Assembly (NCBI GenBank): GCA_902635845.1
Contig: CACPPK010000002.1
Coordinates: 18,713 to 82,712, forward strand
Origin: an uncultured Pelagibacteraceae bacterium
GTDB lineage: Bacteria; Pseudomonadota; Alphaproteobacteria; Pelagibacterales; Pelagibacteraceae
DNA: 64,000 bases
Direction of reading: 5' to 3'
The notes beneath the pieces are model-generated. The model did not search any database. It was not told the origin of the DNA and saw only the letters and a list, made by a program, of their open reading frames with translations. The position numbers were made by a program, and so were the translations under genes. The stretch's first letter is position 1. Each line of letters begins with the position of its first letter. This document shows positions 10,810-19,862 of the stretch, in pieces.

Positions 10810-11160
10810 CTAGTAGATGGTAGCCCCAAAGACTTTAATTGTATCGTCCTCAACTCCTAAGACCAACCTACCAAGGAACTCTCCTGGAATCTCTTTATTT
10901 TTCTGTTTAATTAAAATAGTTATATAGTCCCCTCTTCTTAGACATCCAAACGGTTCAAAAGTCTCTTTAAGATTAGTAATCAGCTTGTTATTGGCCCACT
11001 GCTTACCAAGCTCTACTTCGTTAGCACCAAAAAGCATTTGAGTGGAGAAATCTTTAGTGAAACCACCATAATCTTTAAGATTAGATGATTTAACCAAATT
11101 ATCCCAAATTGGTTTGGCTAGTTCATATATTTCATCGTCTGTTTTAGATAAAATATCCAT
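10810..11160 (-). CDS. Hypothetical protein downstream of aprA
   Basis: 116-aa ORF co-oriented 21 bp after aprA; no recognised motif. Confidence 0.75.
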   Translation of the reverse strand: MDILSKTDDEIYELAKPIWDNLVKSSNLKDYGGFTKDFSTQMLFGANEVELGKQWANNKLITNLKETFEPFGCLRRGDYITILIKQKNKEIPGEFLGRLVLGVEDDTIKVFGATIY

Positions 11161-11181
11161 AAAACTTATTTGAAAATTTTA

Positions 11182-13041
11182 TTAAGAAGCTTTTTTCTTC
11201 TCGTTCTCATCCACTATATGGTAGACAGGAACTTTCTCCATACTAAACTTACCAGTCTTGGGATCTCTTCTTGAAACAGTTAAACAATGCCAGTTATCAT
11301 CATCAAGTTTCATATGATCACCTCTATAATAATACCCTGGCCACCTAGTTTCTTCTCTAAACATAGTGTGTTCTGTTACACATTGCGAAGTTAAAGCTCT
11401 GTGTTTAAGTTCCCATGCCCTCATAAGCTGGTGATAATCCTCAGCTCCTACGTTTTCAAGATCTTCCTCAAGCCAAGTTAACAACTCTAACCCTCTTTTT
11501 AACATATTAGCATTTGTCATATAGTTTGTTGCTATTCCACCTACATATTCATCCATTATTCTTTGTAAACGTTGCAAGCCTTGAATAGGTGAGATATAGC
11601 TTGGAGATACAGTTCCACCCGTAATCTCATTTTGAGCAACTGTGTAGTTCTCCAAAGGTTTGTAGACTTTAGCTTTAAAATCTTCACATTGTTCGTCTGA
11701 TACCTTTAAACCCTCAGCTTTTTTATCTTCAATATATTTTACAGCTGCTTTTGCTGCTAATCTACCCTCAGTAAATGAGCCTGACGAAAATTTGTGAGCG
11801 CTTCCACCTACAGTGTCACCTGCTCCAAATAATCCATCAATTGTTAGCATTCTATTATAACCCCAGAAATATTCTGGTGGAGACAAGTCTTCTGGCCCAC
11901 TTACCCAAGCCCCAGAGCAAGTAGCATGAGAACCCATTACGTATGGTTCAGAGGTTGTTAATTCAGGGTTTGTATATTTAGGGTCAATATTTTGAGATGC
12001 CCAAACGACAGCTTGACCTACTGTCATTCCTAAAAAATTTTCCCAACCAACAGTTTCTAAATGTGGATCTTGAAAAGCCTCAGTAGTAACCATGTGGATT
12101 GGACCGCCGCCTGCGATTGTTTCTTGAATAAAAGCATGGTTTCTTAAACACGTTGGTGTTGGATGGTGGTCTATATATTCACCAACTAATTCTTTAGTCT
12201 GGTCGTACCATTTCTTCTCATAATTCTCACCATTTGCATTTTGTGTATATGTTTTTAAATGTAAGAAATATGCTCCAACAGGTCCGTATCCATCTTTAAA
12301 TCTACATAGCACAATTCTATTTTCCATTTGGGTCATCTTAGCACCAGCTGCAATTGGTAATGCATAAGCTGAGCCATTACTCCAAGGAGCGTACCAAGTT
12401 CTTCCCATACCTTCACCAACAGCTCGTGGCTTAAATATGTGTGAAGCTCCTCCTGCTGCAACAATAACAGCCTTTGCTCTGAATACATGGAAATCACCTG
12501 TCCTCATATTAAATCCGACGGCACCACCTACTCTATTCTCTTGAGCCTCATCCATTAAAAGATGAGTTATCATTATTCTGTTGTAAATTTTGTCTGCAGA
12601 TTTTTTTGCTGCTTCTGCAACTATTGGCTTATAACTTTCTCCGTGGATCATTATTTGCCACTTACCTTCTCTTAAATATCTTCCGGTTTCTTCATTTTTC
12701 ATCATAGGAAGGCCCCACTCATCAAACATATGTACAGTTGAATCTACATGTCGAGCCATGTCATACCCTAAATCTTCTCTAACCATTCCCATCAAATCAT
12801 TTCTTGCGTATCTGACATGATCCTCGGGTTGATTTTCACCCCATTGCATACCCATGTAACAATTTATTGCGTAAAGTCCTTGGGCTACTGCCCCACTTCT
12901 ATCAATATTTGCTTTTTCAACACAAATAATTTTCATGTCTCTACCCCAGTGCCTTGCTTCAAAAGTTGCACCAGTACCTGCCATGCCTCCACCAACAACT
13001 AAGACATCACAATCTTCGTAATGAGTTTTGTGCTTAGCCAT
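11182..13041 (-). CDS. aprA: Adenylylsulfate (APS) reductase alpha subunit
   Basis: VVGGGMAG, RSGAVAQGLYAIN, WQIMIHGESYKP, GSAHKFSSGSF and REETRWPGYYYRGD. Confidence 0.97.
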   Translation of the reverse strand: MAKHKTHYEDCDVLVVGGGMAGTGATFEARHWGRDMKIICVEKANIDRSGAVAQGLYAINCYMGMQWGENQPEDHVRYARNDLMGMVREDLGYDMARHVDSTVHMFDEWGLPMMKNEETGRYLREGKWQIMIHGESYKPIVAEAAKKSADKIYNRIMITHLLMDEAQENRVGGAVGFNMRTGDFHVFRAKAVIVAAGGASHIFKPRAVGEGMGRTWYAPWSNGSAYALPIAAGAKMTQMENRIVLCRFKDGYGPVGAYFLHLKTYTQNANGENYEKKWYDQTKELVGEYIDHHPTPTCLRNHAFIQETIAGGGPIHMVTTEAFQDPHLETVGWENFLGMTVGQAVVWASQNIDPKYTNPELTTSEPYVMGSHATCSGAWVSGPEDLSPPEYFWGYNRMLTIDGLFGAGDTVGGSAHKFSSGSFTEGRLAAKAAVKYIEDKKAEGLKVSDEQCEDFKAKVYKPLENYTVAQNEITGGTVSPSYISPIQGLQRLQRIMDEYVGGIATNYMTNANMLKRGLELLTWLEEDLENVGAEDYHQLMRAWELKHRALTSQCVTEHTMFREETRWPGYYYRGDHMKLDDDNWHCLTVSRRDPKTGKFSMEKVPVYHIVDENEKKKAS

Positions 13042-13511
13042 TAGTAATAAACTCCTTTTTTAAAAGACTCTTTTGGAACTGCAGGAAGTTCACCATCAAT
13101 ATTTAAACCTTCAGGTTCAGTGTAAAGTCTTTGTGAATTTAATTCTCCTTGTTTTATTTTTTCACCATCTGCAAGTTTAGGAATAAATTTTCCCCATGGT
13201 TTTGTTGTTATTGGTGAAACAAAGTCTTTTGTAGTTCCATTTCTAAATTTTATTTTCCAAGAAATAGTTCCTTTTTCCTCTTCACGTCTTACTCTCACGC
13301 TATGTCCCATTGGAGCAAAATCTGCATAACCTCTTACGTCTATTGCGTGATTTGGGCATGCTTTTACACATGAATAACATTCCCAACAAAAATTAGGTTC
13401 TATATTTTTCGCACGTCTGATATTTTCATCAATGTGCATTATATCAGATGGACAAATATCTACACAGTGACCGCATCCATCACATCTAGTCATATATACA
13501 AAAGTCGACAT
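13041..13511 (-). CDS. aprB: APS reductase beta subunit
   Basis: Two 4Fe-4S motifs (CDGCGHCVDICP, CWECYSCVKACP); VRGYADF. Confidence 0.97.
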   Translation of the reverse strand: MSTFVYMTRCDGCGHCVDICPSDIMHIDENIRRAKNIEPNFCWECYSCVKACPNHAIDVRGYADFAPMGHSVRVRREEEKGTISWKIKFRNGTTKDFVSPITTKPWGKFIPKLADGEKIKQGELNSQRLYTEPEGLNIDGELPAVPKESFKKGVYY

Positions 13512-13542
13512 AATTTATTTTCTTTCCTTTTTTGTTATCATA

Positions 13543-14337
13543 TTAATAATGTTTTGGCTCTTCTCTTTTTATTCCCAGGCCAAATTGCTCAGGCGCGTCT
13601 GCAGGAGGCGGTAAATTATCTCTAGAACCGTCTGCTTCAGCCAAATTTTTCTGAATTGCTGCTCCAGGCTTGTAGAACATGTGAGCAAATTTTGACCAAT
13701 AAACTCCACCGAATAAGACTAGATTTGAAACTACAAATAATGCGAAGAATAAATATGACAAACCTACTTGACCATTAAATTGAGTATAAGACCAAGCTAA
13801 TCCAAAAGTCGAACATGCTAATAAAGCTAGAACAAACAAATCAGCTTTAATAATTCTATACCAAGGGTGTGCTTCAGCTGATACATCTACTCTTAAAAAA
13901 AACCAAAACCAAAATCCACCAACACATGTAAGTATTGCTCCTACATGCCATAGCATTGACCACAATGCAGAAGAAGTTTTATCTGCACCTGTATAACAAA
14001 AAACTAACATTGTTGAAGCAATCCAAAAAATTATAGTTCCATACATGCCAAGTACATGTGCTAATCTTCTTTTTCCAAAACCTAATTCTGATGTTGTTCC
14101 AATGTCATAAACAGTTGTCTTAGCAATAATTTTTGCCTTCTCAGCAGCTCCAACTTCTCTTGTTGCCTGCAATTTTGCTTTTTTTGCATTGTTAAAAAAA
14201 TAAGTTAAATTTTTATGGTGTATCATTTGAATAATTGTGCCTAGAGCAATTAAAAGAACCATTGCAATTATAAAACCTTGCATAACAACAGTAGGAACTA
14301 CTTCTGATAATAACGAAAATGGATTTGTTTCAATCAT
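13543..14337 (-). CDS. aprM: APS reductase membrane anchor
   Basis: ~5 TM helices, WSKFAHMFYKP motif, upstream of aprBA. Confidence 0.9.
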   Translation of the reverse strand: MIETNPFSLLSEVVPTVVMQGFIIAMVLLIALGTIIQMIHHKNLTYFFNNAKKAKLQATREVGAAEKAKIIAKTTVYDIGTTSELGFGKRRLAHVLGMYGTIIFWIASTMLVFCYTGADKTSSALWSMLWHVGAILTCVGGFWFWFFLRVDVSAEAHPWYRIIKADLFVLALLACSTFGLAWSYTQFNGQVGLSYLFFALFVVSNLVLFGGVYWSKFAHMFYKPGAAIQKNLAEADGSRDNLPPPADAPEQFGLGIKREEPKHY

Positions 14338-14452
14338 TTTACCCTTATGTTAAATTATTTTAAAATAATTTTAAAGTTTTCTAGTCTAGTTAACTCATCA
14401 TATCAACAAAAACTATTGACAAATTTGTCTTTAATAACAACTAAAAAAATAT

Positions 14453-14848
14453 TTACTTTCTTTTGTAATGTTGTTTTTTTGGGATCACAGACCTGATACC
14501 TCCTTGCGGATTCTCTACATCCCCTTCTCTTCTTGGTATTAAATGAATGTGACAATGCATAATTGACTGACCTGCAACTTTTCCAGCATTTGTACCTATA
14601 TTGAAACCTTTTACACTGTAATCTTGTTTTAAAATTTTTTCTTTTGTTTTTACAATTAGCTCGTTACATGCTTGAATCTCTTCTTTAGTAAGCTCAAAGT
14701 AGGTCTCAACATGTCTTTTAGGAACAATAAGACTATGAAATTCTGAGACTGGATAGCTATCTAGGGATGAGTAAGCCAATTGATTTTCAAACTGCAGCTC
14801 TTCTTTTCTGATTTTGCAAAATATACAAGGGTTGTTTGGATCTTTCAT
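14453..14848 (-). CDS. HIT family nucleotidyl hydrolase/transferase
   Basis: CIFC N-terminus, HSLIVPKRH and histidine triad HCHIHLIP. Confidence 0.92.
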   Translation of the reverse strand: MKDPNNPCIFCKIRKEELQFENQLAYSSLDSYPVSEFHSLIVPKRHVETYFELTKEEIQACNELIVKTKEKILKQDYSVKGFNIGTNAGKVAGQSIMHCHIHLIPRREGDVENPQGGIRSVIPKKQHYKRK

Positions 14849-14850
14849 GT

Positions 14851-15594
14851 TTAAACAAGAGAATTATATATTTTATTTAACCTAGTGTAGCAACCAGTCT
14901 TTCTTCTCTTCCATTTAAGATCATTTATTTTTGAAACTGATGTTACTCCTTTTCCAGATCCAATAAGAATTATTTCATCATAATCATCAATTGATTTAAT
15001 AGAAATATCTTTAAAATTAATTTTAATTTTCTTGCTTATAAATTTAAGTGTGTTTCCAAAATAACAGTTTTTTTTAGGTGAAAAAATCTTTCCATTTTTC
15101 ACAAAAACTAAATTTGAAGTACCTGTTTCTAAAATTTTATCATTTGCGACTAGAGCAATATCAAATTTAGTTGAGTCAACCTTACTTAATTTTGCTAATA
15201 TTTTTTTATAATAGAGATTTTTATAATTTGGCTCTACTCGTTTATAACTAAACAATAACAGATTAAAATTACTCTTTGGTTTTGGTCTTTTTCTAATTGA
15301 GACTGATATCAGTTTTTTATTTAAAGCTATACGAAATAAATTATCAGGACCTTTGTATAGAGTGTTTTTATCAATTAAATCTTTAATAATGCTTTTTAAA
15401 TTTTTTTTTCTTATTCCATATTTTTTTGTAGATTTTATTAAGTTCTCTAAATGTGGTTCTAAAAGTATTAACTTTGGAGGTTTTCCAACCATTCGCATTG
15501 TGGTGAATACACCTCTAGAACCCCAAAGATCATTGAAATTAACTTCATTAAGATTACTAAGCTGATAAGATTTTTTTAATAAGAGTGTTGCCAT
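14851..15594 (-). CDS. Class IV PLP enzyme, probable aminodeoxychorismate lyase (PabC-like)
   Basis: GVFTTMR, NYK, ETGTSN motifs; last gene of the pabB-pabA run. Confidence 0.7.
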   Translation of the reverse strand: MATLLLKKSYQLSNLNEVNFNDLWGSRGVFTTMRMVGKPPKLILLEPHLENLIKSTKKYGIRKKNLKSIIKDLIDKNTLYKGPDNLFRIALNKKLISVSIRKRPKPKSNFNLLLFSYKRVEPNYKNLYYKKILAKLSKVDSTKFDIALVANDKILETGTSNLVFVKNGKIFSPKKNCYFGNTLKFISKKIKINFKDISIKSIDDYDEIILIGSGKGVTSVSKINDLKWKRRKTGCYTRLNKIYNSLV

Positions 15595-16114
15595 TTTCTG
15601 TTAAAAAAGATTCTGGATGAAATTGAAATCCATATATTTTATTTTGATTATCCTCAAGGCCCATTGGTATTTTTGTTTTACTACATCTCATAGTTATCTT
15701 AATAGAATTAGATTTAAATGGCTCCTTTAATTTTAATGAATGATATCTTCCAACTTTAAATTGTTGATTATTTTTAAAGATTTTACTTTGATTATTTATT
15801 TTTATTTTAGATTGAAATCCATGATAAATTTTTTTTTGTTGTATTATTTTGCCCCCTTCATTATACAAAATCATTTGATAACCAAGACAAATACCAATAA
15901 TTTTTTTCCTTCCTTTGTATTTTTTATAAATTTTTGAAGTATTAGGGTAATCCTTTGGTGATCCAGGTCCTGGTGATAAAACGATCACATCACTTTTATC
16001 AACTAATTTCTTATTTAACTCGTAATAATTTGAGCAAATAACTTTATCAAATTTTGCAAATTGATGAACAACATTCCAAGTAAAAGAGTCTTGATGATCG
16101 ATTATGTAAATCAT
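15557..16114 (-). CDS. pabA: Aminodeoxychorismate/anthranilate synthase component II (glutamine amidotransferase)
   Basis: DSFTWN, SPGPGSP, GICLG, RYHSL and QFHPES. Confidence 0.85.
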   Translation of the reverse strand: MIYIIDHQDSFTWNVVHQFAKFDKVICSNYYELNKKLVDKSDVIVLSPGPGSPKDYPNTSKIYKKYKGRKKIIGICLGYQMILYNEGGKIIQQKKIYHGFQSKIKINNQSKIFKNNQQFKVGRYHSLKLKEPFKSNSIKITMRCSKTKIPMGLEDNQNKIYGFQFHPESFLTENGNTLIKKILSA

Positions 16115-17325
16115 TTAAACAACTCCAGTAAAGATTTTGCTTTAATATAATTTTCATTAAACTCTTTCTTAGGTGAACTATCTAATACTACTCCAGACGC
16201 AGCAGAAATCTCTGATTGATTTTTGTAATTTAATATAGATCTAATTATAATATTAAACTTCATATCTTGATTAAATTTAATAAATCCAAAACTTCCTGTA
16301 AAAATATTTCTACTTTCTTTTTCTTGATTATTTAGAAGTTCTAACGTTCTTATCTTAGGACAACCAATTACAGATCCTCCGGGCATCATAGCCTTAATGA
16401 TATCAATCAATTTTGTATTTTTGTTTAATATTCCACCAATTGAAGTCACATAATGAAAAAGATGCTTGTATTCCTCGACATATTTTTTTTTGAGTATTTT
16501 AACACTTCCTGGTTTACATATTTTGGATAGATCACTTCTTTCCATATCAACTATCATGTTATGTTCTTTGGTTTCTTTTTCGTTATTTTTAAAATATTTA
16601 AGAGCTATATTTTTATTTGATAGTAATTTTTTCTTAAACGTACCAGCTATAGGTTTAGTAATTATTTTGTTTTTTTTCTTATCTATTAATGTTTCAGGAG
16701 AACAACTTACTATAGAATAATCCCTGTCTTTTATCATAAAAGACTCTGGAGACGCATTAACGCGCATTAATTTCCAAAAAAAATTAATAGGATTAATTAA
16801 TGATTTATTCTTATATTTTGTACAAATTTTAATTTGATAAGTCTCACCTTGTCTTATTTTTTTCGAAAATAATTCAAATATTTTTTTATATTTAATATAA
16901 GAAATATTAATCTTAAAAGGACTTAGTATTTGAGTTTTGTTAAATTGATAATTGAATGCATGTTTTTTTATATTAGATATAACCTTAATATCTTTTCTAA
17001 TTTTAATTATAGTCTCAGGTTTATAAAAAATTCCTTTATAAAACTTTATCCTTTTTTTATTTTTTAAATTAATACCAATCAAATTACATAAAATTTCATA
17101 ACCAAAAAAACCAAGATATAAATCTGTTTCTTTTTTGTATTTTTTTTTCTCTAACGAATTAAGAAAATTGTGAATATTTTTTTTTGTTAAAATAATCTTC
17201 TTTGAAAAATCAGTGTAAATATTGTATCCACCGTCTACTTTATAAATAATTAAAGGTTTATCTGATTGATACAGATCCTCTAAATAAGGGTTAAATTTAA
17301 ACTTATGCTGGCTGAGTTCTTTCAA
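16111..17325 (-). CDS. pabB: Aminodeoxychorismate synthase component I (chorismate-binding)
   Basis: SPETL, KPIAGT, EHNMIVDMERSD, PGGSVIGCPK and NIIIRS. Confidence 0.82.
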   Translation of the reverse strand: MKELSQHKFKFNPYLEDLYQSDKPLIIYKVDGGYNIYTDFSKKIILTKKNIHNFLNSLEKKKYKKETDLYLGFFGYEILCNLIGINLKNKKRIKFYKGIFYKPETIIKIRKDIKVISNIKKHAFNYQFNKTQILSPFKINISYIKYKKIFELFSKKIRQGETYQIKICTKYKNKSLINPINFFWKLMRVNASPESFMIKDRDYSIVSCSPETLIDKKKNKIITKPIAGTFKKKLLSNKNIALKYFKNNEKETKEHNMIVDMERSDLSKICKPGSVKILKKKYVEEYKHLFHYVTSIGGILNKNTKLIDIIKAMMPGGSVIGCPKIRTLELLNNQEKESRNIFTGSFGFIKFNQDMKFNIIIRSILNYKNQSEISAASGVVLDSSPKKEFNENYIKAKSLLELFK

Positions 17326-18523
17326 TTGCTTTCTCTACTATAGGTAAATGTATCAGACCTGCAAATAATGATAATGCGATAGATCCGTACCATGCATAGT
17401 CAAAATTTCCATTTAATTCATAAAATACACCACCTAGATACGCTCCTAGGAAAGAACCAATTTGATGGCTTACAAAAACTATTCCATATAAAAGTCCAAC
17501 ATATTTTGTACCAAATATATGTGCAACAATTCCATTTGTTGGAGGAACTGTGGATAGCCATAAAAAACCAAAAGTAACTCCAAAAACTACAGAATTAAAT
17601 ATACTTGGTGGTAAGAAAATAAAATAGATAATTGAAACGCCTCTTAAAAGATAAATAGCACTTAAAATTTTTTTCTTACTATACCTTGTTGCTAAATAAC
17701 CGCTTGTAATAGTACCAGCCATATTAAATACACCAATCAAAGCCAAAACCATTGCAGGTGTCCAATCAGGCAAACCTTTGTCTGCCATATAGGTAGGAAT
17801 GTGTGTTGCTACTAAAGCAATATGCCAACCACAAACAAAAAAACCTAAAGTGAGATAAATAAAACTTTTATTTGCAAATGCCTCTTTTAGAGCCTCTCTT
17901 GCTGTTTGATTGTTATCTTGATTAACTCCTACAGGTATTTTTGGAGTACTAACAAACAAAGCTACCACTAATCCTAAACCTAAAAGAAGAGAAAAATATA
18001 AAAGAGTATTCTCCCAGCCTGTTTCAACTAAGGAATATCTTACAAGTAACGGTGATACAAAATATCCAAATGAACCTGCACATGTAACAATTCCTGTTGC
18101 AATAGTTCTATTAGATGCAGGAAAATGTTTAGCTACAACTGATACTGGAATACCTATTGCCGTTGAACCTAAACCAATTCCTATCATTACTCCTATGGTT
18201 AAAGTGAAATAACCTCCAGTATTATAGCCAGAATAAAAAAGCAAAACCCCAACTAAATAAAAAACAAAACCAATAAATATTGCAACCGCTCCTCCGTATT
18301 TATCAGTAATTACACCAAACAACGGACTGAATACTCCCCAAAGTAATAACTGCAATCCCATAACAAAACCAAAATGAGAAATGGAAATATCTAAGTCAGT
18401 ATTAAAATCAAAATAAAACAATCCAAAGGTCTGTCTTATTCCTAAAGAAATAATTACAACTATAGAAGCAGCAATTAAAGTGATTAGTGCTTTTTTGCTA
18501 ATAGTAAAACTTTCTGAACTCAT
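17303..18523 (-). CDS. MFS transporter
   Basis: 12 TM pattern; GIRQTFG, WLSTVPPT and HQIGSFLG. Confidence 0.9.
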   Translation of the reverse strand: MSSESFTISKKALITLIAASIVVIISLGIRQTFGLFYFDFNTDLDISISHFGFVMGLQLLLWGVFSPLFGVITDKYGGAVAIFIGFVFYLVGVLLFYSGYNTGGYFTLTIGVMIGIGLGSTAIGIPVSVVAKHFPASNRTIATGIVTCAGSFGYFVSPLLVRYSLVETGWENTLLYFSLLLGLGLVVALFVSTPKIPVGVNQDNNQTAREALKEAFANKSFIYLTLGFFVCGWHIALVATHIPTYMADKGLPDWTPAMVLALIGVFNMAGTITSGYLATRYSKKKILSAIYLLRGVSIIYFIFLPPSIFNSVVFGVTFGFLWLSTVPPTNGIVAHIFGTKYVGLLYGIVFVSHQIGSFLGAYLGGVFYELNGNFDYAWYGSIALSLFAGLIHLPIVEKAIERTQPA

Positions 18524-19698
18524 TTAATAAATTTTAATGCTTGTTTTATATCATCTATAATGTCTTTAGGATCTTCAAGTCCAATGTGCATCCTTATTAT
18601 ATGTTCATCTTTATTTATATGTGTAAATTGTCTCTTACCTAGTGCTTGGTGTGTTTGATAAAGTGCTAAGCTTTCGAAACCTCCCCAACTAAATCCATAC
18701 CCAAAAAGTTTTAAAGAATTAACAAATTTTAATACTGAGTTTTTATTTTTTGATTTTATTTTAAATCCTAATAAACCCGATGCTCCAGAATAATATTTTT
18801 TCCATAATTTATAATTTTGACTACCTTTTTTATATGGATAAAAAACTTTAATTATTTTTTTCTGTTTTGATAAAAACTTGGAGACTTTAAGTGCATTTTC
18901 CTGATGTTTTTCTAATCTTACATCTAAAGTTCGAATACCTCTTAGAATTAAATAAGCATCATCAGGACCTAATCTTAATCCTGAAACTTTATTTGTTGCT
19001 TCTACTAATTTAAAAACTCGTTTACTTATAGCTAAACTGCCACCCATTACATCTGAGTGACCAGAATAATATTTTGTTGCAGAGACAATCGACATATCAA
19101 AACCTAGCTTTATTGGTTTCAGAAAATAAGGTGTTCCCCAAGTGTTATCTATGGCTGTATAAATTTTATTTTTTTTTGCCAATGCAACTATTTTAGATAA
19201 ATCTTGAAATTCAAAAGTGTTACTTCCAGGATTTTCAACAAAAATAAGCTTTGTTTTTTTTGTAATTTTACTTTTTAAATCATTAAAGTCATTTGGATTA
19301 TAGAATATTGCTCTAATATTAAATTTTTTAAGGTATGTTTCTGTTAAAAGTCTTGATGGCGAGTAAACTGAGTCTGTAACAAGTATTTCATCATCTGGTT
19401 TAACAACGCTTAACACACCAAGAAATATTGCACCAAAACCAGTGGGGGTTAAATAAACCTTATAACATTCTTCAATTTTTCTTAAAATTTGTTGTAAAGC
19501 ATATGTTGTGGATGTTCCCTGTCGACCATAATCAAAATTTCCACTTACTGGATCTTTCAAATATTTATTCTGAGTTTTTTTAATATCCTGCATAGATTTA
19601 AAAATAATAGTAGAAGCTCTAACCACAGGAGGATTTACTGACTGATTATGAAAATCTTTAGCTGTATGTTTCAGGAAAGTCTTGAAGGAATTACCCAT
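18520..19698 (-). CDS. metC: Cystathionine beta-lyase (trans-sulfuration PLP enzyme)
   Basis: VNPPVVRAST, YGRQGT, DNTWG, SATKYYSGHSD and GFSWGGFESL. Confidence 0.88.
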   Translation of the reverse strand: MGNSFKTFLKHTAKDFHNQSVNPPVVRASTIIFKSMQDIKKTQNKYLKDPVSGNFDYGRQGTSTTYALQQILRKIEECYKVYLTPTGFGAIFLGVLSVVKPDDEILVTDSVYSPSRLLTETYLKKFNIRAIFYNPNDFNDLKSKITKKTKLIFVENPGSNTFEFQDLSKIVALAKKNKIYTAIDNTWGTPYFLKPIKLGFDMSIVSATKYYSGHSDVMGGSLAISKRVFKLVEATNKVSGLRLGPDDAYLILRGIRTLDVRLEKHQENALKVSKFLSKQKKIIKVFYPYKKGSQNYKLWKKYYSGASGLLGFKIKSKNKNSVLKFVNSLKLFGYGFSWGGFESLALYQTHQALGKRQFTHINKDEHIIRMHIGLEDPKDIIDDIKQALKFIK

Positions 19699-19770
19699 AA
19701 TAAATTTGATATGTTATTAAGACAATGCTATATCCCATGAAGAACGTCAATAAAATTAAAATAGGACTAA

Positions 19771-19854
19771 ATGAGTTACCCAAAGAAACATAGAGGCCGA
19801 AGAAAACAAGGGTCTAAAAAAAGAAGAGCTAAAAGAAAAAATAAGAAGAAATAA
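19771..19854 (+). CDS. 27-aa highly basic peptide, not in ORF track
   Basis: AGGA SD 4 nt before ATG; MSYPKKHRGRRKQGSKKRRAKRKNKKK*; occupies the metC-mnmA gap. Confidence 0.65.
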   Translation: MSYPKKHRGRRKQGSKKRRAKRKNKKK

Positions 19855-19862
19855 TTCTTCTG

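Noticed and set aside
11182-14337. aprMBA as evidence of sulfate reduction or lithotrophy
   Set aside because: AprM-anchored type with no dsr, qmo, sat or sox in the window; its presence in SAR11-like genomes is already known.
16111-17325. trpE assignment for the chorismate-binding protein
   Set aside because: Linked to a class IV PLP (PabC-like) gene rather than trpDC; folate precursor synthesis fits better.
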